NCBI GenBank assembly: GCA_965153455.1
Contig: OZ234493.1
Location: 9,848,213 to 9,912,212, forward strand
Direction: 5' to 3'
Source: Sphagnum compactum
Taxonomy: Eukaryota
Length of the DNA stretch: 64,000 bases
Of the stretch, positions 1-12,419 are shown one piece after another (positions within the stretch are counted from its first letter, which is position 1; each line of letters begins with the position of its first letter). The notes below the pieces were generated by a model. The model had not been told where the DNA came from. It was given only the letters and a program-made list of their open reading frames with translations, and made no database searches. Position numbers and translations under genes: made by a program.

Positions 1-1789
1 TGGTAGTTGTCTATGTTAGTTCTTAAACATTACAACATGAATTTAGTTTAATGAATGAAACAATGATGACTTAAACCACCATTACCTAGGGAGTTTAATA
101 GGACCTCATAGCATGGGAGTGAATATGATATCAAATTGCACATTACCTTAGGGGGTTTTTTGGTCGAATGATTTTTGTTGAAATTTGTGCATTTGTTCTA
201 AATTGCATTTTGTGATGCAATGCAAAATTTCCCTTACAAAGTTCAATATTTAAATATTTGTTTTGTTATAATGGTAGAATTTGGCTTTACATGTGGGGAA
301 AACATGTCTTCTACCCTTGAACCCCATTATGCAAGTAGGTAGCCACCATCACATTTGGATGTATATTATTGATATAGGTCATGTGTTTTAAATCTTTATG
401 TGAAAGTTTCTATTGTGATTTCTTCTATTTCATGAACATTAAAAGTTTATTGAAGACAAGATTAATGTTTGTTTAGGTTTGGTGGGATGGGTGATTACAA
501 TAGGTGACAATTGCTAAAAATTTAGTAAGAATTGTGCAAGAGGATTGCACATGGCCATTATGGCATCCTAGACCTACAAGTGCAAGGCTAGGTGAAAAGC
601 TTAATATTGGGTGTATATGCAAATTGCTCTATGCAAAAAAAAAATCAAAATAATATTTAGTACATAATGTAGTAATGGACATTTACATTCTAGTAATCGA
701 GGAGGTGGATTAACAATAGAACATGCCCTCAAGAGATGTGCCTTGCGTATATAGTAGTTGCCTACCACATGGTAGTATTGAAACAATGACCTTCTTGCTA
801 TGCTAATGGCTTACAACAAACCATTGTTGGTTTATGGAGTTTTTGGATTAACGATGTCATTAGGTTTTTTGACACGTTTGATGTCACAAGCAACATGAGA
901 ACAAACAATTTCTTTTATGATATATTGTTGTCTTATTGGTTGACAATGAGAATGCTATCGATGTTGATGTGAGAACATGATCTCCATAAAGCTTTACAAC
1001 ATTATAACGTGGGTATTATGTACATTGTATAAATGACTTGTAATTGATGTTGGAGTAAAAAATGGCAGTTGTTTTGAAGGAAACAATTGCACACACACAA
1101 ACACACAGATATACACAAAGAACATCTCAAATTAACCAAACATATGATGACAATTTGGGCAATACATATGATATTAATTTTTTTAGCTTCAATGACATAA
1201 TAAAAAACCTCCACATTTTCACACCTTTCACAAAGGCATCATATTGGGTAAGATCTTCCTACAACATAAAGTGTGATGGTTTCATAACTTAATCGACAAT
1301 TGTCCACACTATTAGAAGATTTGTGATTTTTTTGCATTTACATGGTTTGCATAATCCAATCATGAATTTTTTGCATGTAACATCAAAAAGGTGTAATAGA
1401 CAATTAAAAAAGTGTTATGACATCTTTGTGTTTGGGGGTTAAAAAACACTTATTGGAATAGGTACAAAAAACTTAGTTGTGTTAACAAACCCCACATGAA
1501 AACTTGCGCACATATCATATGTTATATTACACTTATTTTTCAATAAAGTGACAATGTTCAAGAGTTTTGATAAATGTTTGGACAAGCTATTACTCTATAT
1601 GAGGAAATGGAAGAAGATTAATGATGCAACCAAACAAAAGACATGTTCGCTTTTACAAATAATCATTTTTATTACCACAAATTCTTTCTTGATTTTATTG
1701 GTTTGGAACTTGAGGAACAAGGCATTGATGAACAGTAGGATTCTCTTCAAGACACTCTTCCATTCACATGTGATGAAAACAATCATGAA

Positions 1790-2427
1790 AGGTAAAAACA
1801 TCCTTGGGTGATACCACTAGGAACCACCTTAAGGATTGGTTAAGGAACCAAAAATAACCAAATCATTTTCCTAGGCTCTTTGCTTTAAATGTTTTCACAA
1901 CTATAATTTTTTTTTCTCATGTTTATTAATTGCATGCCTTAATATATGGCTTGAAGTTTATTTTGGAATAAAAAAATAAAAAATGTTAAAATTTTGTATT
2001 CCTAATTAAAATGGCCCTTTCAGAAATTGATAGCTTTAACTTTGGAAATTCATAATTAAATTATATTTTCTCAATTAATTGCTTAGTAAAAACCTAAAAA
2101 TAAAATGACTTCCAAATTACCATAGGAAAATTTTCAAAGAAAACTTTCAAATCAGGTTTCAAATTTGTGTTCCCAATTAAAAGTTCAAGGAAAAGAACTA
2201 ACATGACATTCTTGAAATATTTTCTAAATGCAATGATTAGGAACATCAAAAAACATAATATTTTTAATATGATTGAAAATTTCAAAATCTATGTAACCTA
2301 ATAAATGTATTCATTAAAAAAATGAAAATATTTATTTAAATATTTCCTATGATTTTTAAAGTTCAATGGGTCGAAGAAAATCAAGGTGTGATGTTCCTAG
2401 TGTTACCACCCAAGGATGCTTTCACCT
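1790..2427. mobile_element. Non-autonomous TIR element (MITE) with 4-bp TSD, Sola-like
   Basis: Left end aggtaaaaacatccttgggtgataccactaggaac is inverted against right end gttcctagtgttaccacccaaggatgctttcacct. TGAA flanks both sides (1786-1789, 2428-2431). Superfamily is inferred from the 4-bp TSD only. Confidence 0.8.
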
Positions 2428-3569
2428 TGAAGTCATCATCTAGGAGAATGGTTACATGTAAGAATGTACAAACATGAAATTCATTACAAGTTCATTATGT
2501 TTATCTTATTTTGGACATTTAAACCAAAAATCTTCGGCAAGTTAATCCTTGTATATTTTAAGAAGCACTTGAGGCAAAAAGATATTTTTTAATATGCTAT
2601 GAAACAATGACTTATATTCTTAATATATTTAAGATATACTTTAAGTATATTTTCAAAATAAATTATTGGCACCTTACTTACATTTGAGTAAATTATAGTT
2701 TTTATTTTTTTTGAATAAGTTGTAACCTATATATTTTTGTATGCTATTTGTAATAAAATGGAAGTGACCTCCCTGGGCCAAAAAATCAATTTTATTATGA
2801 AATCTTTCACCTTTTATGAATTAAAAAGAAAAATGGGTTACTTTCCATTTGATATTTCATTTAGTTTTGATATTAATTGCCATACATTTCACATATACTA
2901 AGTATGTAGTTGGCAATATAATTCATCAAGATATTATGGACGGAATTAGGATTGAAACTTACATTGATTAATAATCTCATAAAAAAACATTTACATTTTT
3001 CCTATTTTGTGAAATTGTGATGATAATAATGCATGCACATCAATCATGTGTCTTTTGTCATTGTGTGATTTGCCACCCACCATTCCTCCTAGGCTTGTTT
3101 AATCGATGGTCTTAATTTTATGTCATTTAAAGCCTTCTTATAATGTAGTAGTATGTTTTTTCCAAGGAAACCCTAATTGAAATTCTTCATGAAGTTTCTA
3201 TACTATGTATTTAGGCTACAAATGTTGGTTCTCAAATTATTTCCAACACAAACATAAAACATACCCTACACCTAACCTAAAAATGCAATTTCAAAATTGA
3301 ACATAAAATAACTTAATTTGCACCCTAACCTACACTTAAAAGGTGACTTAGATTTAAGTTAAAACCATAATGGGTGGGTCTATGTTAAAATGAGTCATAG
3401 AATGCATAATCATTTTTTAATTTTACATGTTTTAAAATGGTATGTAAAGTTAACATTGAAAATAATTGATTGGTGCATTTATATAATAAATTTTCTAATA
3501 TATTATGAGGAGATATGGATAAATTTCAAATGAATGGTGGCCTAGAGCGTATAAACAAAAACATAAGAT

Positions 3570-3700
3570 AGAGGATAGTGGAATTTCGTGTGTAGAGATA
3601 AAATTCACAGATATACGAAGGAACACCAAAAGCGAAGGCAGTTTTCTGGGTCTTTACTGACGTTGAGGTGCGAAAGCATGGGGAGCAAACAGGATTAGAT
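3570..3700 (+). rRNA. rrn18: Fragment of mitochondrial-type SSU rRNA (NUMT-like, non-functional)
   Basis: gaggatagtggaatttcgtgtgtag...gatatacgaaggaacaccaaaagcgaaggcag...ctgacgttgaggtgcgaaagcatggggagcaaacaggattagat matches the conserved central SSU domain (about E. coli 665-793). ggaatttcgtgtgtag and ccaaaagcgaaggcag resemble green-plant mitochondrial rRNA. The insert may begin near 3440. Confidence 0.9.
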
Positions 3701-3935
3701 AGATCCGGCCGGGCTCTAAATAAAAGACGGCCAAAGGTGTCCTCTCCGATTGCGAGGTCAGAGTGTGTATTCAGCTATTTCGGGGAAACTTTGATGCAGA
3801 TGTACCATTCAATATCAGACAATCCCGAGGGAAGTGCTTTGATGATATTCTATCAAGAGCACCCCGTAGAGACTATATAATGAATATAAAACACATGCAA
3901 TTGTTTTTAAAAATATAATCAATGCTTTCATTGAT
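3701..3935 (+). ncRNA. Group I intron catalytic core in the SSU rRNA fragment (site about S788-S793)
   Basis: P element ttcggggaaac (3779-3789), Q gacaatcccgagggaag (3818-3834), P6 hairpin gtgctttgat/atcaagagcac, R cgtagagacta (3865-3875), P3 tattca (3768)/tgaata (3881), P8 aaaaca/tgtttt, and a degenerate S aaaatataatc (~3910-3920). The downstream exon is not seen. Confidence 0.8.
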
Positions 3936-4399
3936 TAATCAACTTCTTAAAATATTCAAAATGATTTGAAAACGAAATATTTATGAAATTAATAAAACAT
4001 CTTCACATAATAATATTTAATGCAACATTTTCTAAGGTCATATATTTTAAAATATTAGTTTGAAAATCAGGATTTTATGAATATTCCTTTTTAATAGTCA
4101 ATCTAGTGTTATCGGATCATTCTGACCTATTAACGCACTCCTTACAAGCATTACACAAAGGAGTTAGCAGTGAACCTTTTTAACAGAAATTCACCTTAAC
4201 CTTATTGTTAAATTCACGCTCATTTGGAAAGCTTTGCATGAACAACTTCTAACCTTAGAGAATTTAAAAGCTCAAGGTCCTAATAAATATGTCATTTTTT
4301 TTGGGAAAATGCTTTGTGATCAAATAAAGATGTTTTGTTTTTGTGCAAAATGTGAGGTCTCAACAAATGCTTAGGTAGGGAAGGAAAAACTTACATGGA

Positions 4400-5035
4400 T
4401 TGGGCAACTTGCAATTTTTTTTGAAATTATGGGCAATTAATGGCACATTTGGGCAAGCAAGGGGATGAAGGAGATTTGGAAACTTGGCAACATGGAATTG
4501 GAAACTTGGCAATGTGGACTTGGAAACTTGAACTTGGGAACTTCGCCATGTGGATTTGGAAACTTGGCAAGTGGACTTAGCAAACATGGACTTGGAAACT
4601 TGCCATGGTGGATTTGGAAACTTGGCGATGCGGACTTGGAAACTTGGCAAGTTGGCCTTAGCAAACATGAACTTGGAAAGGAAAAATAGCCAAGTACAAT
4701 GCTTTGAGATCCCAATAGGAATGTTTCATTTTTGGGCAATCATGCTAGGTCCCAATAATAGTTCGAGTAAGGAAGGAAAAGAATAAAGGCATTAGGCAGC
4801 TCATAAATTTGTTAAGATTGTGGGCAGTTTGTGGGACATTCAGCCAATTGAGAAGGTGAAATAGACTTGGCAACATGGCAACCTTGATGACATGGCAAGG
4901 TGGAATTGGTGACGTAGCAATGGTGACCTGGCAACTTTTAAAAAAGTGCACGTGGAAAATTGGTGAAGGAAATGTGGATTTGGCAACTTGGCAAAATGGA
5001 CTTGGTGACTAGGCAATGGCAACTTGGCAAAATAA
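4400..5035. repeat. Minisatellite-like arrays of (gga)cttggaaacttggcaa motifs, in two blocks
   Basis: Many imperfect cttgg(a/c)aa units at 4470-4690 and 4860-5030; these produce the repetitive overlapping ORFs on both strands. Confidence 0.8.
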
Positions 5036-5539
5036 CTGAGCATTTGGTAGTCCATACTAGTCATAAAGGGCAGATCCAGAAGCAGTAAAAAGGCTTGTAC
5101 ACTGTACTTTGGATGAGATACAACCTTCAAATACCGTCAAAATGGGTTTGGCCCCGTGTTTATAAGTACTAGATTTGGAGGGTTAGAACTATTGGTTTTG
5201 ATTTTGGGTAGTAAAACTCGAACCCAAACTGGGTATGATTTTTGGAACCAGTTCTAGAACCGAAACTGGAAGAACAGGACCTGGAGCTGATATTTTTTCA
5301 CACACACTTGAGATTTCTCAAAAATCTAAGAACCCAATTCTGATACACAAATATATGCAAACTTTGAAAAATTGAAGAATCAATCAAATAACCTTCTAAT
5401 ACAACCACCAAAATTTTGATGGTTATTTCATGAAAACTGCCAATTCTTGAGGGTTCTGGAAAATCCAAAATTGGAGGTTCATTGATTTCAAATTTGTTTC
5501 AAAAAATCAAAATAACAGATTCTTTCAGTGTGTGTGTGT

Positions 5540-5800
5540 TTTAGGGTGATGTTTTCATTTTTTTCAACCTTAAAAATAGGATTTTGACACATCCAAAAGG
5601 ATTTTTGTGGGAAAAAAAAAAAACCTAATTCATTAAGTTCGATTTCTTTTTTGAAATTGCCAGATTTCTACAACAGGTTCCAGCAGGTAGCCTAAAAAAA
5701 GGGGGGGGTCTAAAAAAATTCTACTTTCATATTTAGTATGTAGCTCAAATTTGGCTAAATCCTCTGGTGGAGGATCACTCGTTTGGCTTACATTACATCC
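5540..5800 (+). repeat. Dispersed repeat family R1 (ends tttggctaaat...ggatgatcaccactt..gctacat)
   Basis: Homologous to 10990-11200(-), 22900-23160(-), 30150-30350, 37870-38145 and 57205-57280. Confidence 0.75.
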
Positions 5801-6307
5801 CGGTGGTATCATAAGGAAAACATGAAAAAGAAAAAACTAATGTGAGGTTTTACATCTGGTTAAAGACCTTGACCAATGGGTTTTACTAGAATGGGGCAGG
5901 TGCGTGCTTGAATATTCTGGTAAAGCCCAGGTCCTCCGGCTTTACCTACCACTTCTCGATCACGTTTATCAAGCTACAAGGCAATCTATTTTTTTTTCTG
6001 TATGTTTGTGTTTTGTTGGGTGTCACAAAGTAGTACATAAGTGGCATGTGGTGTTGGATTTTGAGATATATCTCATTTGGTTAGGGTACACACACGTTGG
6101 TGGACACTAACGTGGTCATATCCTAAACTTTTGTGTATCAAAGGTCATATGCTTAACTTTTATGTCTGCATTTTATAAAAACACTTGGATAGAGAACGCT
6201 TGTGGCTTGACTAGTTCAAAATTGTTCTAGAAGGTAAATTAACTGAATGGCTTTTTGTGATGATTTTTGGCTGGTTAAGCTTAACCTTTTGAAAGGTTTT
6301 AGAGTTT

Positions 6308-6568
6308 ATTGTAGCCTAGGTTCGGTTTCCACATCGAGAAAACGAATAATTATTATTTTTCAAAAGAAATTTCTTTTTTTAATTTTTTAATTATATAATT
6401 TTCCATCATCTCCTATACTATTGTGATAATGAGTAGTGAAATTATTCAGAGTGTAGGCTACTGTAATTATGATTATTTTCAACATGTCAACTTCATATTT
6501 TCACCAATTTTCATTTCATTATAATTTTGAGAATTATATAATGACAAAACTGACCTTAGTGTAAGGTA
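6308..6568. mobile_element. Non-autonomous element, family F3, with subterminal inverted repeats
   Basis: Starts ttgtagcctaggttcggtttcc and ends aaactgaccttagtgtaaggta. Close copy at 45951-46204; partial copy from 63268. Confidence 0.7.
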
Positions 6569-6792
6569 GGCATGTAGACTAGACAATTGTCACATAAATA
6601 GGACTCAAAGCTCATCAACTCTGTAAGGTAATGCCCAAGGCTGCGCACTTTACAATTTAAAAAAATGAAATTCCTGTGATACCCATGATACCTGGCAAGC
6701 TGAGAAGCATTCCATTTTTTGAAACACTGCCCCCAAGCTGCCAAGGGAAAAACTAACTGGGTAAGATGCCCTCCAATTACACTTAAAAAAAC

Positions 6793-7100
6793 ACAAGGGG
6801 TGTGTCACATTGTGGCCTTGCCATTTACATTAAAAAGTATCTTTAGGAAAACAAAGAATTATGGAAACTCAAATATTTCACCATCCAAAAATATAATCTT
6901 CAAAAAATCCTCTATAAGAAACCAAAATCCTTCAAGATATTATAACTCTATATCTAATCTCAAATTTCAACACAAGCCAAATTATCATCTTTCAAAAATC
7001 CTCATATAAAAATAGACCAATTACACCTAGGGGTTAAGCTACTATACTCTATAATGAATCTAAACACAATATCCTTGCCTTGGTAGGCCAGGCCAACAAA
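6793..7100 (-). mobile_element. Helitron2/Helentron-like non-autonomous element, family H1, copy a
   Basis: Four similar ~310-bp copies in the window. Asymmetric IR ggccttgcc/ggcaaggcc, hairpin ccttgcct-tggt-aggcaagg at one end, gtgtg-n-cacac palindrome next to the CTTGT end, no TSD. Confidence 0.7.
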
Positions 7101-7512
7101 GTTCACAAGTAATGTGCAAGAACATGTCTGGAAATCGCTATTACACATTGAACTCTTTTTCCACTCAGCATAACTGAAAAAAACAAATCCCATTCGCCTC
7201 AAAAAAGAAATCTTCACACTTACAAGTCATTACACACAACCCTATTCTGCTGAACATTGAAAAATAATAACCCCTTTCTACCATTTCCATTGGTCTTTTA
7301 AACTTTCTCACAAACCTATCAAACCCTAGTACACATTTAACTATTTGATTCACTCAAGATGAGTAAGAAACATAAATCCAGACCACCCAAAATCCAACAA
7401 TTTCAACAAGCCATAACATTTTTTCTTCACACATATCACAAACCTATTTGACTCTCGCTGTATATTAGGAAACTAAAACTATAACCCTTGTCTGTATCCG
7501 GATAGGGTTAAA
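7097..7512 (-). mobile_element. Helitron2-like non-autonomous element, family H2, copy a
   Basis: Shares its acaaagt..aagtaatgtg.aagaac start and terminal hairpin taacccttgtctgtat...ga(t/c)agggtta with 53514-53934. Confidence 0.6.
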
Positions 7513-8198
7513 AGCTGGGAGCAAGTGTTTAGTCTTCACAATCCAAATAATATTTCTCCATTCAAGGTGGATGTGGTGGTGGAGCCAAAGACGGTCTTTT
7601 GTCTGCCACCTGATATGGTACTTATCCAGATTGCACCTAAAAACCAGCATCTGAGACTATATTTTGTCCAAGGAATCTGAAGAATACCTAGACTTCTGTG
7701 TTGTGGTATTGTTGGACAAGTTGTCAAAGAATGGATTCCCCAACCAAATGAAGGTAAATTCCAAATTGAAGTGGGTTTTGGGTGTTGAAGAGTGTTCATA
7801 ACAAATACCTAGAAAAAGCACTGGATTATTTTAAGAACAACTTTTACAATACAAGTGCCAAGTAAGGAAAAGTTCAAATTACCAAACATGAAGTTAAGAT
7901 ATGCATGAGTTCATTTCATTTTAAATGTTTTTTGCATGTCTTTTGAGTGTCACTCCCATAGTTTGCATGCATAACACATGCAAAGTAAGCACGAGTAGTG
8001 AAAGCTGTAAAGGGTCTTTGAAGAGGGGTTATATGACCCTTCCCATGTGCAAAATAGTCTGGACACCCAACTTTGATTCACATGTGCAATAACAGTCTGC
8101 CCAGTGCACACCCAACTTGGAATTTTTGTTTTTCCATTTGGATGGAAGTTCAACATTGATGTTGGTGTTGTCATTGGTAGGAATTTGTAGCTTGTGAA

Positions 8199-8520
8199 AC
8201 AAGGGGTGTGACGCAATATGGCCTTGCCATTTACATTAAAATGCATCTTTAAGGCAGAAGAAGAATGATGGAAATTCAAATATTTCACCATGCAAAAATA
8301 TAATCTTCAAAAAAAAAATCCTCTAAAAGAAACCAAAATCCTTCAAGATATCATAACTCTATACCTAATCTCAAGTTTCAACACAAGCCAAAATATCATC
8401 TTTCAAAAATCCTTATATAAAAATAGACCTATTATTGTCTAGGGGCCAAAATCCCTTAAGCTACTATACTCTATAATGAATTGAAACAATATCCTTGCTT
8501 TGGTAGGCAAGGCCAACAAA
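8199..8520 (-). mobile_element. Family H1, copy b
   Basis: Colinear with 6793-7100, with the same termini. Confidence 0.7.
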
Positions 8521-10989
8521 CATTCGTCATTGCAAGCAACAAGGTGCTTGCAAGATTGTGCTTCCAAGATGCTTGCAAGAGATCACAAATGAAAAAGTAA
8601 AAATAAAATCATTCTTCGGGAGCACATAATACAAGTGGGTAAGACTCCCTAGGAAGTCGTTCCATTTTTGCAATGATGTGAAACAAATATAAGGGGCAAC
8701 TAATTCTTTAGGAAGTAAAACTTATAATTTATTTTAATATAAATAAGGTGTTTAAAATTCATTATGAGAATATATTCAGATTTTTTAAAATTTTAATGAT
8801 TTTTGTTTCAATATTTCATTATTTCATAACAGACTATAAAATACTCAGGTGTTTTGGAAAATAAGATTGACCTCCCTGAGATATATCTTTGTATGGGAGA
8901 CATGAATTGAATGGGAGTAGAGCTCTCGAGGGTTGTGGTTCTCTGACTTTTGAGTCTGGTTACTCTGAAATGGTTAGCAAAATGAGCAAAGATTTGCTGT
9001 TTCCACCACAACTAATATTTGTCCCTCTTGTGTGTCCTTGGTGGATGAGTGTTTGATGTGAATATGGCCATGAGTCCAATGTGAAATGGAAAGCTAGATT
9101 TTCAAAATCTTGTGAAAAGTTGTCCTGGAATGTAAGAACTAAGAACCTTACAGAGGAGCTGGTGCAGAATTTAGTGCAATGCAGAAGTTTTGCAAATGTG
9201 AAATTTTATTTTCATACCCTAAGTGTGTGGTGGAGTTATGACATTTTGATATGGAACATTTGAGATTTCTGGAGAACATTTGCACCATCTTTTTAATCTG
9301 ATAGTTTTTCAAGAAACCAACAGACCACTTATGCCATTGTTGTGAGGGTTGAGTTCAAAAGATGGGACATAATACTTCACTTTGTCTTTGTTCTGCAAGT
9401 TCACCAATTGCACCATTATGAATCAATGACCCAGCTTCCAACTCAGAGAAATATCAAGGGAAACCAAGCAACAGAGTACTGTTGAGCAAAATGAATGCAA
9501 ATTGCAGCCAAGCTTCTGATGGGCATCAAATCATATGTTTTGACTGATGGATTTGAAGGTGTGGGACTTGGAGTTAAAGGGAGATATGAGACTGTGTAAT
9601 AAGTATGCAAACCCAGTCAAGTCAAGTCTAGAGAGGACCCAAGATAGTAGTACCATATGTGTAGATTGGACAGAAAGGATCAGTCCCCTCTGCACATGAG
9701 CTACTAGTTTTTAGGCTGTCCAGCTTGCTTGTCATGTCTACAAAGTGAGAGGGCAGTGGAACAACACATGGCTATGGCTTGGAGGCTACCACAAAAGAAG
9801 CAATGGTTTTCATGTGGCTTTTTCTGCCTCTTTTTTAGTCTCCTTACAAGGCAGATTGGAGGGGTCTACCAGACCTAACTTGGGCAGCTGCCAAGAGCTC
9901 TTATCTAGAGGACCATTATGCAAATCTGCATGAAACCACTCTGCAAATTCACATGAACATTATGCAAATCCACATGAAAACCATTACATAATGGAGGTTG
10001 CTGGGTACAGTCAAATCCTTGCATGCACATCCTTCACTTCCAAATCTAAGTTGAAAACCCCATTATTGCGACCTTGTACCTTAATTTCGACTGTGCTTGT
10101 GACTCAAATTCCATGTACCTCCTTCAAAGGGTTCTTCTCAATATCTTATTATCACACAGATGATATGTAAACTGTGGTGCAAATCCTGGACCATTTAACA
10201 GCTCTATTATTCAATGACGCTTTATGTTTTTCTTTGGAATGTTGTTCCCTCCAGGAGGCATTTACTGAAGCATTTCACAAGCTCAAATTCTTGAAACCAG
10301 TTGTGGATCCTTGGGGATCAGGTCAAATCCTCAATGTTAAATCCTAAACATGAACTCCTAGGCTGCAGTTCTTACAGTTGTGATATCACCCATGGCAGAT
10401 TACAAATCGTTGTAAGCATATCTTGCTCATGAGTCTAGGAGACAATGGAGCTTGCACAAGTGATGACATTGTGTAACTTCACATGTGATTGCTCTGAAGA
10501 GTTTTCCAAGTAAAATAAAATGGGATGATACATGTAGCAAAGCAAAATGTCACACAAACTAGAATTGAATGGGTTATTTATGAGGGTTGAATGACATTTA
10601 GAACAAAACGGAGAAACTCATGTCTTTATCTCCCAATATAAGTATTGATCAGCAAATGCTTGAGATGTTTTTGTTGGTAAGAACAACGCAGCTGCCTTTG
10701 AAGGAAGTTCTCCATGTTTCACTGGTGTGGAACATGCTGTTGAACCCACAACCAAGCCTGGTGATTTCACCTGGAAGGATCATGTAATCAGCTTTCATTG
10801 TTGCTACATTACAAAGCCCATGAACCCCTTCAGTAGAGCAACCACACTTGTTCCAGGATGCACAAAAGTGAATCCTTCAAATGGGTCAAGAAAGCAACAG
10901 CTATACCTCCAGACAAATGTGGTGCTCAGGAAAGATGTCTTGAGGTGAGAGATTGTATTAGTCTGATGATACATTAGGTTACAAGCAGG

Positions 10990-11200
10990 GTTTTTTTTTT
11001 TTTCCTTCAAATTTGTGTGTAAGCCACATTGGTGATCATCCACAAGAGGAATTAGCCAAATTTTTGCTACAGGTCAGAGAGGAAAGTAGAAAAAATTTAA
11101 GAATCCTACTATAGTTTGGCAACCTGCTGGAACCTATTGTCCAAATATGGTGATTTCATATTTTTTTTCCCTTGAACTCTGGCAACAGGTACCCTATTGG
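10990..11200 (-). repeat. Dispersed repeat R1 copy
   Basis: ggtgatcatccacaagaggaattagccaaatttttgctacaggtcagagaggaaagtagaaaaa is nearly repeated at 22915-22990. Confidence 0.75.
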
Positions 11201-12419
11201 TTGGTCATTTTGTGAGACCTTAATTCCAGTGACAAGTAATCAGAATTGGTATAGGTATCATGGCTTTTTTGGAATCCTTTGTATGGTTGTCCATGGACCA
11301 TTCCAAAGACAATTTCAAAAATAACTACCTCAATTTATTTTTATTAACTGTATTAATAACAAACTCCCACCTTTCCTAATAACTACCTCCATTTTATAAC
11401 TATCTCGCTCTTTGCCCCTATCCACCAACAGGGATATGAAAAAATAAATTAACATGTGTCTTTTCATGTCCATTTCAAATGTATATTAATTTAAATTAAA
11501 TTTGACATTGACGTAAATAAAGATGAATTATTGAAAACCATATGAAAATATAAGCGGGAAAAAAAAAAGTTGATTGTCACTGGTAGAGGGCAGCAGCGTG
11601 GAGCTCAAATTATTAGGCACAAAGGTGTTGGTTTAGACTTGGTACTATAATATGTGATCTGACAATAATAAGTAAGTCATGTTCAAAAAAGGTGTGATAC
11701 CAACCAAAATGACAAGGGTATGATGTCATGCTACATAAGCCCTTTCAACTTGGAAAAGTCATGGCCCACATAATAATGTGAAATGGAAACCCTAAGAAGT
11801 ACAAGGTGGCATAAGGGCAACACACACTAGCATATTGCATTTGCTGTAACCACTCTAATTTTGTAGAATACAATTTGGGTAATCATGAAATCCAAAAACC
11901 TTGTATAATTGATATTTTGATTTAAAATTACCCATCTCTAATTCATACTTCTTCTCCCACATTAGATGTACCAACTACAAACTTGGCTTTTGTGATATAT
12001 ATTTTGAATGATGTTTTTATCTTCCCTTGCATTGATAGGTAGTTCAATTCAATGGACTCTCAATACATCAATTTCAACCATGATAACATTAAATTCCAGT
12101 GATGAGAATTTCAAGGAACTGGCATATGGGGTCTTTTTCATATGGTTGCCCTGGACGTTTTGGGATTTAGTTATTTTTCATATTTCAATTATAATGTGTT
12201 GTTTGAGGTGGATTCCATTTGATGGTTTAGGCGGTTTGCCTCCCATTACCTTTCTTCGTTGTTGTTTTGTTTCATTGTTTTTGTGATGAAGAAGAAGGTT
12301 TATTGTTGCACATTGGAAAGGTTTGCTATTGTTGATGAATAAAAAGGCGGTGATCTCAAAAATCGAGTTGAAAAAACAATTGAAAGAGCAGTTTTTAAAG
12401 AGGACAAACTTTATTAATG

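Noticed and set aside
600-1789. Decayed coding-like sequence, perhaps a transposase (similar cases at 13860-14800, 16284-17100, 49678-50055)
   Set aside because: No diagnostic motif I can assign with confidence; needs BLASTX or HMM search.
1789-2428. Apparent inverted target-site duplications around the MITEs at 1.8-2.4 kb and 26.8-28.4 kb
   Set aside because: The outer inverted bases belong to the TIRs: the same terminus occurs at 46444/47227, and ordinary direct 4-bp TSDs lie just outside.
3940-4330. Intron-encoded homing endonuclease
   Set aside because: No LAGLIDADG, GIY-YIG or HNH motif recognisable in the frames I read, and the frames are closed by stops.
5045-5056. tggtagtccat as the missing 3' exon of the rRNA fragment
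   Set aside because: Match is only about 11 nt, lacks the preceding accc and following gtaaacgatg, and is 1.1 kb away.
4360-5130. Overlapping repetitive ORFs on both strands
   Set aside because: Produced by the minisatellite motif; no protein family features.
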